DNA of 64,000 nt from Takakia lepidozioides. Its lineage: Eukaryota > Plantae > Bryophyta. Shown piece by piece: positions 13,901-26,599 of the stretch (positions are counted from its first letter, which is position 1; each line of letters begins with the position of its first letter). The DNA lies in the NCBI GenBank assembly GCA_030704615.1, contig CM060734.1, positions 17,856,001 through 17,920,000 on the forward strand. The letters run 5' to 3'. A program made the position numbers and the translations under genes. The notes under the pieces were generated by a model. The model saw nothing but the letters and a program-made list of their open reading frames with translations, searched no databases and was not told the origin of the DNA.

Positions 13901-16900
13901 TGAGTGCTTTGGTTGTTGTGCCTTTTGAATCAGATGTGGTGGCCCTTAGCTTTTAGTGTATCATACTCCTCTCTTCAACCTGTTTGCTTACTTTGGAAAC
14001 ATCTTCATGTCTGCGCAACATACGGATAGTACTATGGTTGAATGTTATTGGTGTGGTCACCTGTTGGTTTTCTGTGCTTCCTGGTGTGCAGTTTTTTGCC
14101 AATGGTGGTCAGTTCTTTGCACATCACTTGGTCCCACCTTCCCAACACCAGGCTGGTCAACAAGTGTCAAGTGTTGCCAACAGTGGACCTACACCTCCAC
14201 AAAAGCACCAGCAGCAACAAGGAGCTCGTAGCTTCCCGCCTGCAGGATCTCCACAGCAGCAGCAGCAACCCCCACCGCAATCCCCATCCCATTCTCAACA
14301 GCATCATGCATCTTCGCCACAGTTGCATCGCCAATCTGACAGAGATGCCCCCAGTGGAGGGGATGTCTCAACAGCTGAGAGCAAATTCCCTCTGTTGCAC
14401 CGAACACTGTATAGCCAAGCATCTCCAATGACTTCTGTGGCAACTATGAGCCCCCCACCAGCTTCAGTGCTTGGAGCAGGGGTGCAAACTTCACCCGGGC
14501 ATCCTCAAGACTTCAGTTTAATTACAACTTTGGGGAAACAAGCTAAGCAGCGGGAGCAGCAACATGCTTCTGGCCTGCTTCAATCTCACCAAACTCCTAT
14601 ACAGTTGCAGCACCAGCAAGCTGCTGCATTGCATCATACTGCAGGATCTGCATTGCAGATGAGTTTGAAAGGACTTGATACACAGGCCTCTCAGGCTTTT
14701 TCTGCCATGTCAATGGCTGCAATGAATAGAGGTTCAGTTGGTCCTGGACCCTTGGGGCTTGCTCCAGTGGCTGCAGTAATGGCACCTCAGGGTCATGCTG
14801 TGCTGCAGAGCATGGGTGATTCTGGAAGGGGTCTTCCCCCCCAACCTCCACACCACCTGTCAGGCTCAATGCCTTCCCACCCCACTCTTCTCCAGCACCA
14901 GCATCAACAAATTCAGCAGCAGCAACAGCAGCAACGGCAGCGATCTGTACAGATGCAAAGAGGGGCTTCCACTGCTGTTGAGGATGGACGAACCCTGGTT
15001 GATGGTAATAATTATTCAAACCACAGCAGCCGTGGGAGGGACCGAGAGCCTGTTGAGGAAAGGAAGTTGACTGCAAAGCGGGCATTGGGTCCATCTTCCC
15101 CATTGTCCAGAGGAGACTTAGATAATTCTCCAACAGGGGGTGGTGGAGGCATTCCCTCTTCCCGCAATGTAGGGCCTACATTGAGCCTCATGGCTGCCAC
15201 AAGTGCAACCTTGTCCTCTCGCCCAAGTGGACATCCTCCAGCGAATGCACTAAATGCCCCACAAACAAATCAAGCACCAAAGCAGGCAATGGCACGTACA
15301 AAAGGCATGTCGGGTTCCATTACAGCAGCCTCGCCTCCCTCAAATCAGTCATCTTTGTCTTCCTTTCCAGACCGGGGTCCCCCAGTATCAGCTTCGTTGA
15401 CTGGCAAGGTTCCTGGGCCTGGGTTGGCTCTACCAGGGCATAGTGTTATACCCACTAGCCAGAGTGGAAGGCCAAGTCAAGTACCGCAGCACTCCCAATT
15501 CAAGCTTTCACAGAGGACATCAATGGGACCAATGGCCACAGCTCCAGGAACTGCCCCACAAGCTGTGCTTGCTGCAGCCATGGCAAAGTCGCAGAATCAG
15601 CAACAGCCACGTGCCCAGCAAGTGGCACCCAACACAGGTTCAGCATCTCGGATGAGTTCAGGTCCCCCGTCTTCAGGTCCCATTCTGCTGCCCCCCCTTC
15701 CACCAGTTTCTAAACCATCTGGATCTGGTACATCTAAGTCAGTTGCTTCTGGCAAGTCTTCCTTCTCTATCCAGAAGACAACAGGTGCTGCTGGCAAGAG
15801 GTTATCCTCACCTTCTGCATCCCAGCATGTCTCCTCTGTTTTGGGTCCTACTCCCCAGAATAATATGTCAGGTAAGTCACTGCAACAGCAGCAAAGTCAA
15901 AACCAACATCAAATGCAGCAACAGCAGGTGTCTCAGCAGCCAACCCCTTCACAGCAACAGCAATACCAACAGCAGCAGCAAGCACAGCTTCACAAGCAGT
16001 CATTGCCTCAGCAGCAGCAACTGCAAATGCGTCAGCAAATCTTTCAGCACCAGCAGTTGCAGCTTTTTCAGCAGCATCAGCAACAACAGCTGCCCCCGCA
16101 GTCGCAGCAGCCTGGGGTTGTGCTACATCAACAACCATCACAACAGCAGCAACAACAGTCTTCTCCACAATTGCTGCAACAGCAGAGCCCTCCCTCATCA
16201 CAGGCACAGCAGCAGCAACACACCACCACTCACCAACAGCAGACACTGCAGCATTTGCAACAGCATCATCAGCAGCAGCAGCCTCCACTGCCACCTTCCT
16301 CGTTCTCGGGCTCTCTTCCAAGTGGGGGTCTGTCGCTTGGGCCCACCGCTCTTACGCTGGGACCTGGCAACAATGGAACCACAGGTAACTCTGGTCGAGG
16401 CACTAGCTCAGACAGCATAGGGGGATCACCAAACTCAAATGCAAGACCGGGTCAGCCTTTGAAACTGTCGGAAAATGCAGAAATGTCTATGCCTGTCTCT
16501 GGCTTACAGAGGGGCAACAGCACAGGCCCTGCCTTCTTGCATTCTCAGTTTGGTTCATCCCAAATGCCGTCAGCCCAACAGCAGTCGAGCAGCCCTCGCA
16601 ACAACAATGCTCCATCGCCTTACTCACAGTCTGGTGCCAACTTGGTAGCTGGGAAGTCAAGTGATTCAAAGTCTTTGCCTGGTTAGTGAGCACATCCATG
16701 ATGAGTCAGAAGTTCGTGACCCTTTTGTGCTGAATGTCTACTACTACTCTCGTCTGTGCAAGTTTTTAAAATTTTATTTACACCTATTTCTGCACATCAC
16801 TATCTTTTAATTGAAAGAGACATATGTAGAAGGGTTGCTTTCGCAGTCAAACTGATTCTTTGTGGTCTCATTAGGTTTGAAAATTTCAAGCCTGGTGCTG

Positions 16901-17428
16901 TGAAATGTGATATCTGAGTATAGCCTAAAAAATACAAGTGAAATATCTTATCCCTGTTGGGGGTGGGTTTCTGCAGATGGCAACAGTCGGGAACAATTCA
17001 ATGGCATGCGGTCGACGCTTCCTAGATTACCCTCATCCACAGTTGCCTCCTCTCTGGCCTTGCAGCCTCCATCCCTTCGTCCCCAAGTAACCTGCCTGCC
17101 GCCAGGTAAACCAAATGGTGGACCGTTTACAGGCAACAGTTATGGAGAGAGTGTGCCACCTCGAAGTGGATTGCTGCTATCGGTGGTCCCCGCCTCTGCG
17201 GCAAACACTTCACAGAATGGTCCAGTCAGTAGTAATTCAAATACACACATTGCATCAGAGGGGCACCCTGGTTTGTTTGTAGGAACTTTGGCATCAAATC
17301 ATCAAGGAGGATTACATCCAAGTCAACTGCACCCACCCTCATCACAGTCGGTGGCTACTACTGTTGCTTCCACTGGACCCTCAGCATTGCTTGGTCAGCA
17401 GCCGACGACAAGTGTTGTACAACCGTAG
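7928..17428 (+). CDS. TIC: TIME FOR COFFEE (TIC)-like circadian clock-associated nuclear protein, ~16 exons
   Basis: Spliced reading starts MERGREGRRGG (exon 7928-8015), then exons 8676-8974, 9086-9143, 9288-9436, 9544-9585 and 10033-10387 with matching phases. It carries the TIC blocks RLRER, VPRKAR, EVEVAEALFDLARM, APKRKRPR, KFDIDLM and KRCAYHVFIARFI, an RE-repeat and a long Q/S/P-rich exon. Stop at 17426-17428. Later exon boundaries were not all verified. Confidence 0.9.
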
Positions 17429-19714
17429 TTCGATTGCCCGAGGGAGGCCTAGCCTTGCTTGCAAATCTACGTGACAATTCTCTCATTTATCCCCTGGAAC
17501 CATGAACATCGCTTACCAGCACAGAAGAGACGATCTCAATGTCCTGGCTAAGACTTATGAAATTATTTTAGGCACTAAACTGTGCATTGGTGTTAATCAA
17601 TTTTCCATCCGACTAATGTTCTGAGACTTTGATAGTTGCATCTTTCTAGAGCAGCCATCTCTTCCGTGTAATTGTCCAGCGATGAGAGGGGTCTTCTGGA
17701 TTCGTCAGTACCCTCGGGAGGACTTCACGCTTGAACCATGCATGTAAGCTGACTCTTGCCTTTTGATAACTTTTCCATGTCTTGATTTTTTCAATGCTCT
17801 TTCTCAAGTCCAGAGCGAGATAAGCTACGTCAGTGGGCACTCATTTACAGTGGAAGATTGGATGGGTGGAAGATGCCCATGTTGCTCTTCCATCTGATTT
17901 TTTGTGAGCCCTGAAATGTACTGTTGCTTGACTTAAAAAGATCAATGGATTTGTCTAGAGGACTCGTAGCTGTCCTTGCATATTGGTGGTGAGAAACTGA
18001 AACTACCAGCAGATGTTTCCTTTCTATGTGAAGGACAAGTCCTGGATCCACTGGAAGTTGCTGTTGTCACTTGTTTAGAAAGCATGTGACATGGGATGTT
18101 GTGTGCTGAAATAAAGGTAAATACTTCTAATACAGAGAAAAATTGCAAGGACTGTGTATGGTAGATTTGAAAATGTTTGCTATGGTGGCAGGTATTTACC
18201 ATGGCTACAAGTTGGACCCAGTTGTAGGGTGTGCTGAAAGATGGTTGTGGAGTCAGCACATACACTGTTGCAGCTGTGGGAGTGTGAGCGGACAGAAGGT
18301 TATGGCTGCTGGACTTTACTGGGCGTGAGCCACTGCAATCATCAATCCTGTGGTTGGTTTTCTCGTCTTAAAGTTCCGATACACTTGGTCAGAGTTGTAG
18401 GGCCGGAGGACGGAATTGGAAATTTTGTGAGATGTTTGGCAATGAGATGTGGAGGAGTCATGAGCTCTAAAGGCCCAGGCATTGGCAATTTGACCTGGCT
18501 TCACAGGGGTGAAGAGCTTACACTAAGTTAGGCCTATGCATAACATTGGATTCCAGAACTTTGGAGGTTAATGTCATGGGGTAATTGAAATGTTTCCTAA
18601 TGTCATTGCACCCGTGACTTGGGGGTGGTACTCCGCCTGGTATTGAACAAATCTTTTACCTTGGCTGTGGTGTATCTCTGTATCTCTGTGGACTTGTGAA
18701 ATTGTGCATCCAGGGACTGAGAAGCCCTCACTAGTGCATCTTTTGGATAAGTCATGCCTGGAAATATCTGTAATGAGGTTCTTGTTTCTTAATGTGTATG
18801 CATGGGTGAAGTATCATTCACACAACATTATTGAAGAAGCCACATAGTAGCTCTAACTGACTACAGAGATTGGTTCACCCTTCATCACTTCCGAGCAGAT
18901 AATAGTGTGGCCACCAAAGCTGGACATGTCTGGGAGTTCTTCTAAATGGCTAAAGGCTGTATGTGCAGAGATGGTCTATATAAGTAGTCTTGATAGTGGG
19001 TGAAAATGTACTTGGAGAACAGGATGACAACTTGACTCTCTTCACGCTCAACTAAACCAGCAGAAATCTTGCCATGATCTCCTTAGGGCGTCCTTCCATG
19101 TGGTCAAACCCAACCAAAAGATGATGTCATGACCGGGTTTTGAACGTTTGTCAGGCACTTCTATGTGCAAAATCCGGATCCAAACCCTATCTCGGGTCCG
19201 ATCTCCCAACGTTGGGACGATCTTTGACTTTCACTTGCTATAGGAGGTTGGTTTTGGGCGATCACCTGCCGAGCAGGTCTCTTTTCTTGTGTGTGAAGCA
19301 CACAAGGAAGGAGATGGAAACACAACCGGCTGGTCATGGGAGATGGAAAGACCCGTCGCCAAGTCAACGGTCGAGCCATTGGTCAAACCCATTCCAGCGA
19401 TGATGTCATTGGAAGGGGTCGGGTCTACATGGAAACATGCTCTTAGAAGGTTTGTGGCCTGCATCCTTGCACCATGATGCACTATCCGGTTCTTCCTCTG
19501 GACACAATTGCGGTCTTCATCTATTGCACTACATGGGTAGATAGATAAGCACTTCGTGATATGGATGCTACACTTACTGCATGCCTGTGTAACCAAAAGG
19601 GTCTGGTGGATGTCCCTTAGGAGCTCCAAAGTCACAAAACAAATTCCAATTTTGATTGATTCACAACTTGCTTACCATTTCTTACCATTGACCGATCAAT
19701 ATGTGGTTTACAAA

Positions 19715-20490
19715 CAGTGTTGGGCGGTTATTTGATTATAGAGAGAACAGTCGGTTCCGGTTAGGAGTGACATAGTCATGGGAAACCCTCCGGTGGGGGG
19801 GGGGGGGGGGGTTGGGTTTTTTTCCCTCTAAAGAACCTCCAGTTACGGGTATTTGACAACCTGAAATGTTAGGTTATGAGGCGGGGCGGGTTTACATCTT
19901 GTCAACAGGGATATAACGCAAAGAGATAACCTGCCCCTTCCCACACGAGGCGGTTCTGAATTAGCAAATTCTAACGATTTAATAATAATAAATTAACTAA
20001 GAAAAATCATTCCTTGCTCAGCAATTGACAATATTGCTTCAAGAGTGTTAGTTCTATACTATGTGAAGATATTTGCACTTCAAGGGTACCTTTAAACCTT
20101 AAATGAAGTAGATTAGGATGGTATTGTTTAATGGATCACGAGACATGAAACATGCGGTTTATTAAGGCCCTGTAAAAAAGAACTGGAGCAATAGATAAGA
20201 GAATGAACTTATGGCCTGGGCTTGAAGTAAGGACAAACAAATTATCCCTCGTGGCCGGAAATTGTGGAGCCGGGCCGGCGGTTATGGGAAAGTCTGGTTT
20301 CAAGGAGATAATCTACACCTGCCTACTGAAGGCGGGTCGGACCCCGTCATGTTACTAGGAAATCCTAAGGTTCAGGGTATCGAGCGGGGGTGGGTCTTTC
20401 AAAATTTCACCTCCGCTGGATATATATTTTTATATCCGGTCAAATATCCGGTGGGGGTTTGGTGTAGGATTAAATACCCACCCAACACTG
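19715..20490. mobile_element. Non-autonomous hAT element / MITE
   Basis: TIR cagtgttggg(c/t)gg at 19715 and cccaacactg ending at 20490. Perfect 8-bp TSD tttacaaa at 19707-19714 and 20491-20498. Confidence 0.9.
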
Positions 20491-20584
20491 TTTACAAAGT
20501 CATCGCGTTCGAGAAGGCGAATGTTGGCTCGCACTTCTTGTTACCCGCACTTCTTGTTGCCCCTTCATCGTTGGGGGATTGGTG

Positions 20585-21120
20585 TAGTGTGAGCACAAAT
20601 AAAACGCCGTGTGAGCAGGATCCAAAGTTATGGGGGTGATATGTATGCCAGCGGAAATATATATACTACACATTGGGGCTTTATGTTGTCTAAATAAAAA
20701 TTTAAAAATACAGAAGGAGCTTGAAAGGGAAAAACCTAAAAATTAAAATTAAAATAAAAACCCAATTTTGCCAATCCAAGTTTCTCTGGCAAAAACCCAA
20801 GATGCGATTGCGTTTCACTGGCGAAATCCATTTTTGGGGTGGTTCTTGGGGATGTTCTACACACAATGTTTTACCAAATGCCACATTGTTTACGTTCGCG
20901 GACCTTTGAGTTCTGGTAGATATATTTGTGGGTCTTTGTGTTCACGTGAGTTAAGCTCTGGATGATTAATTTCATAAGTTTTTTTTGCGTGAGCACGGTT
21001 TTTAGATAGTTTCGTATTTTTTTCACGTGAGCACATTTTGGTTTCGCTATCGCATAATTTCCGGCTTCTTGGGGAATATACGGAATATGCCTCTGTGCTC
21101 GCGTGAGCCTGCTCATGCTG
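20585..21120 (+). repeat. ~540-bp dispersed repeat, inverted partner of 32190-32765
   Basis: Colinear diverged similarity (gagcacaaa...gcaggatc...gttatgggggtgatatgtatg...gaaggagcttga...cctttgagttctggtaga...ggaatatacggaatatgcc) to the reverse complement of 32190-32765. Confidence 0.75.
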
Positions 21121-21434
21121 GCATATTACACTACAATGGTCATATCATATTTTATAACAGTCCAGCTCAGCGAATTAGAGTCCCAACTGTGCACAATAGA
21201 GAAGGTAGATGAAGGATTCTAAGACAGATAAGAATAGAGTTTCTTTAGAGTAGCTTCTAGAAACATAATTTGAATCTATGCGCGTATTTTTGCTAGCATC
21301 CTCAAATGCCTATAACTACTCTGATGAGCACTGCACTCAAGTTTATTCCATTGGAATAGACTTGTCTTCTACGTGCAATTTTAGCTTCTGTGCATGAGTT
21401 TTGTACCGTGTTTGTGAGTCAATTTTTGCTACAA

Positions 21435-21710
21435 CTAAAACGAATCGACTATTCCTTTCAGCGTCATATTATCATAAATCTCTACATCAGCCCTAACACA
21501 TTCATGCTGAGCATATCCTGCTATCATTCCAGTCCATAGAATCACATTTCGCTCAACCATGTTGTCAAAGAATTGTGCATCCTTCGTGCTTCTGCATTTC
21601 GCTTGCATGTGGGAAATGGCACTATCCAGAATAATATCTGGTGCACTTTCATCTTTGAATATGACATCAGCATAGACCTTTTCCCCCTTTCCAAAACTTT
21701 GGGTGCACAT
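21435..21710 (-). pseudogene. Degenerate PPR fragment
   Basis: FDNMVERNVILWTGMIAGYAQH and MQAKCRS motifs. Confidence 0.75.
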
Positions 21711-22408
21711 GGCACATGTACTGAGAACGCAACATAACCTGTAACTAAATGCAAAGACGCCTAGGGAATTCCAAATAGGCCTTGATGTGAAATGCAGCGC
21801 AATTCACTTGATCAGATGCCAATTCAATTGAACTAACCCTAATTTGCAATTCAATTGAATTGCTGACTGCAATTCAATTGAATTGTAATCTATAATTTTT
21901 AACGCAGTTTTGTATATAATATATATAATATATTATCATGTGTATGTATATGTATATGTATCGTATACACATATACATACGAGAGTATAAGATGAATATA
22001 CATGCTGGCCCGTCTATTCCTGCTGCCCGTCCATCCTTTGCTTGTGGTAAGGCCTAAGTCACGACATGAGTCGCGTACCCTAAAGGAGAGATATATACTA
22101 GAGAGAGAGGGAGAGGGGAAAGGGAGAGAGAAATGAAGTGATGAAGGGTTTTTAGGGCAGAGGTGCCCTAAAAGTGAAAGGATCAAATCAGTTGGAGGAC
22201 GAGAAATAACGAGAGAAGAATGCAACAACAAGTTTAGGGTTGAGCGGTGGTGGAGCGGTGGTGGCGCTATGTATGATGGAAGCCTTCTTGGATCACCAAA
22301 TGACAAGATCTGCCCATGAGTAAGCACATTCCCATATTGGCATGAGTTTCCCCAATCATTGATAAAGATATCATTTTAGCTAAAGCTGTAGTTCTTGTGT
22401 ACGTGCAG

Positions 22409-22506
22409 GTGACTCATGAGTTTTGAGGAGAGAACTTTAGGGGTAGTAGAGTGGGTTACCAAACGCTCCTCAACACATACACTGAAAGAAAGAGCTTGAT
22501 CACATG
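22409..22506 (+). pseudogene. XYLA: Captured xylose isomerase exon
   Basis: AG/GT-bounded exon translating [21 protein letters not shown]...LDHM, similar to plant xylose isomerase [27 protein letters not shown].RELDH. Contains a stop and indels. Confidence 0.75.
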
Positions 22507-23290
22507 GTTTGTCTTCAACCTGCCCACACTGTGTACTGTGGTTTGCTAATACATTTTAGGATAGCCTGCGCACCAACGACCCTGAGAAATTTTTGTGTAT
22601 CAATCTCTTCTGAGGATGAGTTTGACTGGTGGGTGTTGCTTACAATCTAAATATGTTAGCATGTTTCATCTGCACCTTGAGACACTAACCAATTTCATAC
22701 TGCCAAGCCCTTATAGTGCCAATATATGGCTATGTACATATACCAAACATGATACCACTGTAAGAGTATCAACGTCTAAGAGTTGATATATTAAACTCTC
22801 TATCGAACACACAGCCCAATTGCAACATGATACCTTTGCAAGGGTATCGAAACAAGATTATTGGAGATAATTCTCGAAATGAACATGTCTTTTGTTTTCT
22901 CTGGGGTTGTGTCATGGGGGCCAGATACTAGTGCCAGGGGAGTACATGATGATGCAGGGGAAGCCATTCATCAATTGTGAGGTTTGAAATTGTTTGTTTC
23001 TTTCAGAGGTAGCCATATATCTTTTGCCAGTGAATCAGAGGAAGCTGAAGCACTTCTGAGTAAGCCATCTGTCTCCCAAAGGGTCCCCCAAAAAATGAGA
23101 TGGAGCTAGCCCTGGCATGCACATCAAACCCATTTAGCTCACAAGCAGTTTAAGGAGGTTTGCATAAAAATTTAGCCAAGGTTTGAGGGCTTTGCCTCAT
23201 TCCAACAACAGTATTTACCAAAGCACATAACGTGCTTGTAATAACACTCGGGCTGCATGTGGGGTTCATGTGATGCTGAATGGAAGTTGA

Positions 23291-23434
23291 GGAATTTGAA
23301 AGGCTGGAGTGGGAATCGAGAGCATGAATGCTGAGTTCTACAATAGTGATGAGATTATGGTTGTAGTGCAATGTTGTAGTGGGTTTGTTATTGGCAGCCC
23401 AACACTTGCAAGCCACATACCCACTCCTATGAAG
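23291..23434 (+). pseudogene. Captured flavodiiron protein (FLV) flavodoxin-domain exon
   Basis: GI*KAGVGIESMNAEFYNSDEIMVVVQCCSGFVIGSPTLASHIPTPMK followed by a GT donor. Matches the FLV pattern GITKAGV.VES.N.E...GF.IGSPTLGGH.PT. Confidence 0.75.
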
Positions 23435-24157
23435 GTGTGACTGGTGATCTAATGACCAGTCACTTAGTCAAACCAGCGATACGCAGGCAGTGGGTAGAGT
23501 GGTGGATGAGCAGTACATGGAGAGAGGTGTGCACATGGAAGATCAATGTCAAGTCCATATCAGCCCCTATGCCAAGTTATATTGCTTCCCCTTGTGCTCA
23601 ATACCTCTACATTCTTTTGTACTGGAACCGCAGATTGATTGAAAAGCACATGGACAACGGTCTGCACAGGAAGATCACTACCAAGTCCATATTAGCCCAT
23701 ACGCAAGTGACCACTTGTAGCAGACCTCTAACCTGCTTCATGACTGGTGATTCCGTTGTTCCTCAGATGTGGGAATCATGCAGAACATAATTCATCAACT
23801 AAGTTCTTTAAATCTTCCTCTTTGTTGCGGGATACTCAGATTGCAAACAACACGAGCAAAATGAAAACACGGGGCTATGAAAAGAAGGAAGCAGATCGGA
23901 TGGTCGTCCAGGACTATATTCAAATTCCAAAAGTTGCAAGAAATGGAAAACAACAAAATGCAGGTCAACTTCTCATGTATCCAGGCATTACTCAATCACT
24001 GAGATTTAAATTAACTTAAGTCTGCAATATGACTGGTTACTCAAAATTTGGTTCTCAGTGTGAGTAAAATTGATTAAATTGATGCCCCTAAACCGAAACT
24101 CCAGGTCAAATAGATATAAGAGCTGGTTGAAGGCACTATGTACTGGCCTAAAACCAA

Positions 24158-24278
24158 CCACATAGTCACAAAGGTCTAGATCGGCCACATCCTGAAGCAT
24201 CGACTGCCTGTTTCGCAGCTGTTGAATGGCTTCTAGTGGGTTTGGCACAATCACGTCTGGATACTTCTGCTTAAAATC
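24158..24278 (-). pseudogene. ITPK: Captured inositol-tetrakisphosphate 1-kinase (ITPK) exon
   Basis: After an AG acceptor it reads DFKQKYPDVIVPNPLEAIQQLRNRQSMLQDVADLDLCD, matching plant ITPK DY.QKHPEV.VLDPP.AIQ.L.NRQSMLQDVADL.L.D. Confidence 0.8.
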
Positions 24279-24717
24279 CTACAAATGCACAAGCACCAGA
24301 TCAGCAACATGGCCAAAGAGTAAGTGAATTGGACTCCCAATGTACCCATTTACATGCTTAATCCTAAAGCAGTCACTGTATCCACAGCCTCAAAATATGT
24401 ACATAGCCTCGGCCTACAACTTTTATGTTGTATGCACCCATTTAGCAAAGGTTCCTGGGAGCTATACTTGAGGCTAGGAAAACCACCCGGCGCCTACACA
24501 ACCTGCAAACCACATTCCTCTTGGTAGGACAATAGCGACATAGCCTCCCTACAATGGAGTAGTGTAGTCCGTATCTTTGTACCATTATTTGGGCACTTTT
24601 CTTAGGCAACTAGAATGTCAAAAAGAGAGTAAGAAGAAACACACAAACAAGTCTCAGAATTTTCTCCATACTTACAAGGTGAAGGTAGCCAAAAAAGAGG
24701 CCCTGATTCGATTTGTT

Positions 24718-26345
24718 CTACATTCCTTCCTCTTCATCACCATCATGCTCCTCCTCCTCCTCCTCCTCCTCATCTGCATCGTCGTCATCTGTTTCTTCCT
24801 CCTCTCCCTCATCTCCTCCATCATTGTTTGTCCCTTCTTCATCCTCCGTGTTTGCATTGTCGTCATTGTCTAGTTGCTTGTCTACACAACATGGAAACAA
24901 AGTACACATCTTAGAGTCCAATTGGCATGTTGAATAGAAACATAGCATGAAATATTTGACAAGTGAACACTCACACTTTTCACTTTTCTTGTAGCGCTTG
25001 GTCGCTAAAGCACACGCTTTCGCACGAAGGGGATCCACGAATCTCCACTTCTCCATCTCTGCATTGACGTACGTCTTGACAAACTCTGCCTTTGTCAATG
25101 TGAACACCAACGATCTACAAAATATTTAGTCACAAGGGTTAGTTTGAAATCGCACTGATTGGTGAACACATGTACGATACAAACAAGAAGTATGCAAAGG
25201 CAGAATAATACCTTTGTTTGCAGCTTTCTTCCTCATGGTAGGTTAGCAAGCTGTTGGCCACCTCTTTTCGCAACTTGCGACGAGGCATCTTCCAGTAATC
25301 CTTGCCATCCCTATAGATTCTTTTCATCCGTGCCAAGTCTTGCTTGTAACCCCTAATCGGTTTGTACTGAGCAAGTTTGTTCCTCACCCACTTACCAGTC
25401 GCATTCGCACCCACGATATCATCCAAGGTCTTAGCTGATAAATCGCCCCTTCCCCATTTGGGAATCCCGAAGTGGTCGTACACATCTTCATCGAACAATG
25501 TTGCCAACAATGGTGCTCGCTTGCTCTTGCTTTCCATGGCCATAGAACCACCTTGTGCCATTTCCCACAGTCGCTCCGCTTTCAATTTGGTTCTGTAACG
25601 CGCCTTGTTCTCATACACCCTCTTTCTCTTATCTGCATCCCCATAGATCTTCATGTTCGTTCTATGGTAATTTTGTGTTCTCTTCTTCCCATCCGTAGGG
25701 CGACCAGGCTTACCTGGAAGGAGGCGAGGACCTCCACACTTTACCACAAGGTGGTTTTGGAAGTTGTGTTTGTCCTTCCAACCCATGGAAGGTCCTTCGC
25801 CGCAGATCAAACAAAACCAATGTCCATTCTCCCGTTTGTAGTGCACCCCCTCTTGTGCAAACGAACCACCTAAATAACATAGATAGTGGATGTGTGAAAT
25901 TAGGCATACCAGGGTTTTAGAAATGGAGATTCACCTACATGATGATACCTTTGTAAAGATATTTGTCTCTAGGCATCTATTATACTTCTGTGTTTAGCAC
26001 TACACATATCCTGCACATAATGCACATACCTCTGTACAGAAAAGACACCTTTTAATACCTCTGTGGAAGTAAAGACGTTGCATACAATCCAAGCAATAAA
26101 AGAATGAAAATGTACTTGAAACTAGGAATCCCCTAGGAGTCCCAAGAGTTGTAAATAAGCATGAACTTACTTCCTTGCCCTCCTAGCACTCCTTGCCCTC
26201 CTCCTGTATGCGCCGGCTCTGTCGAGGTAATAGGAGTTGGTACGACGTCACTGTTTGCTACAACAGACACAACGCAAGATGAAGGGGCTTCATGACGTCT
26301 TGACTTCACTTTGATACGCTTCCCTGTTATGTTGGATCTTCCCAT
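24718..26345 (-). CDS. Intact 4-exon gene, ~378 aa: BED-like C2HC zinc finger, basic region and acidic tail (TE accessory protein?)
   Basis: Exons 26345-26171, 25869-25212, 25114-24975 and 24881-24718 join through GT-AG introns with matching phases (1,2,1), 1137 nt in total with no internal stop. Motifs WFCLIC-x16-HLVVKC and KPGRP, with a D/E-rich C-terminus. Confidence 0.65.
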
Positions 26346-26599
26346 GTTTAGATACCTTCCTATCTCCTGGAAAAAACAATGTTGTTTGAAAAGCTCGGTG
26401 CTCCGAGCTCGTAGCACTGGACCCCTATTCTTATCTTCACAAAAAGACAATGTTGTTATAGGGCAGAGAACACACCCTGAAGTTGTCTACTGCTGCCTGC
26501 AAGCTCTTCAGATGTGGCTCTATTTTTAGCAGATTGGCCAGCAACCTAATATTGCGGAGACAATAAACACTCAACAGTCACACTGACCATCACCCTAAA

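Noticed and set aside
14189-16420. Long antisense and alternate-frame ORFs over the TIC Q-rich exon
   Set aside because: By-products of CAG/CAA-rich coding sequence.
19080-19640. Overlapping ORFs downstream of TIC
   Set aside because: No recognisable motif in any frame, so left unannotated.
25139-25846. Autonomous hAT transposase for the 6-bp-TSD family
   Set aside because: A BED-like finger is present, but the spliced product ends in an acidic tail with no RNase H-like DDE core or hAT dimerisation domain.
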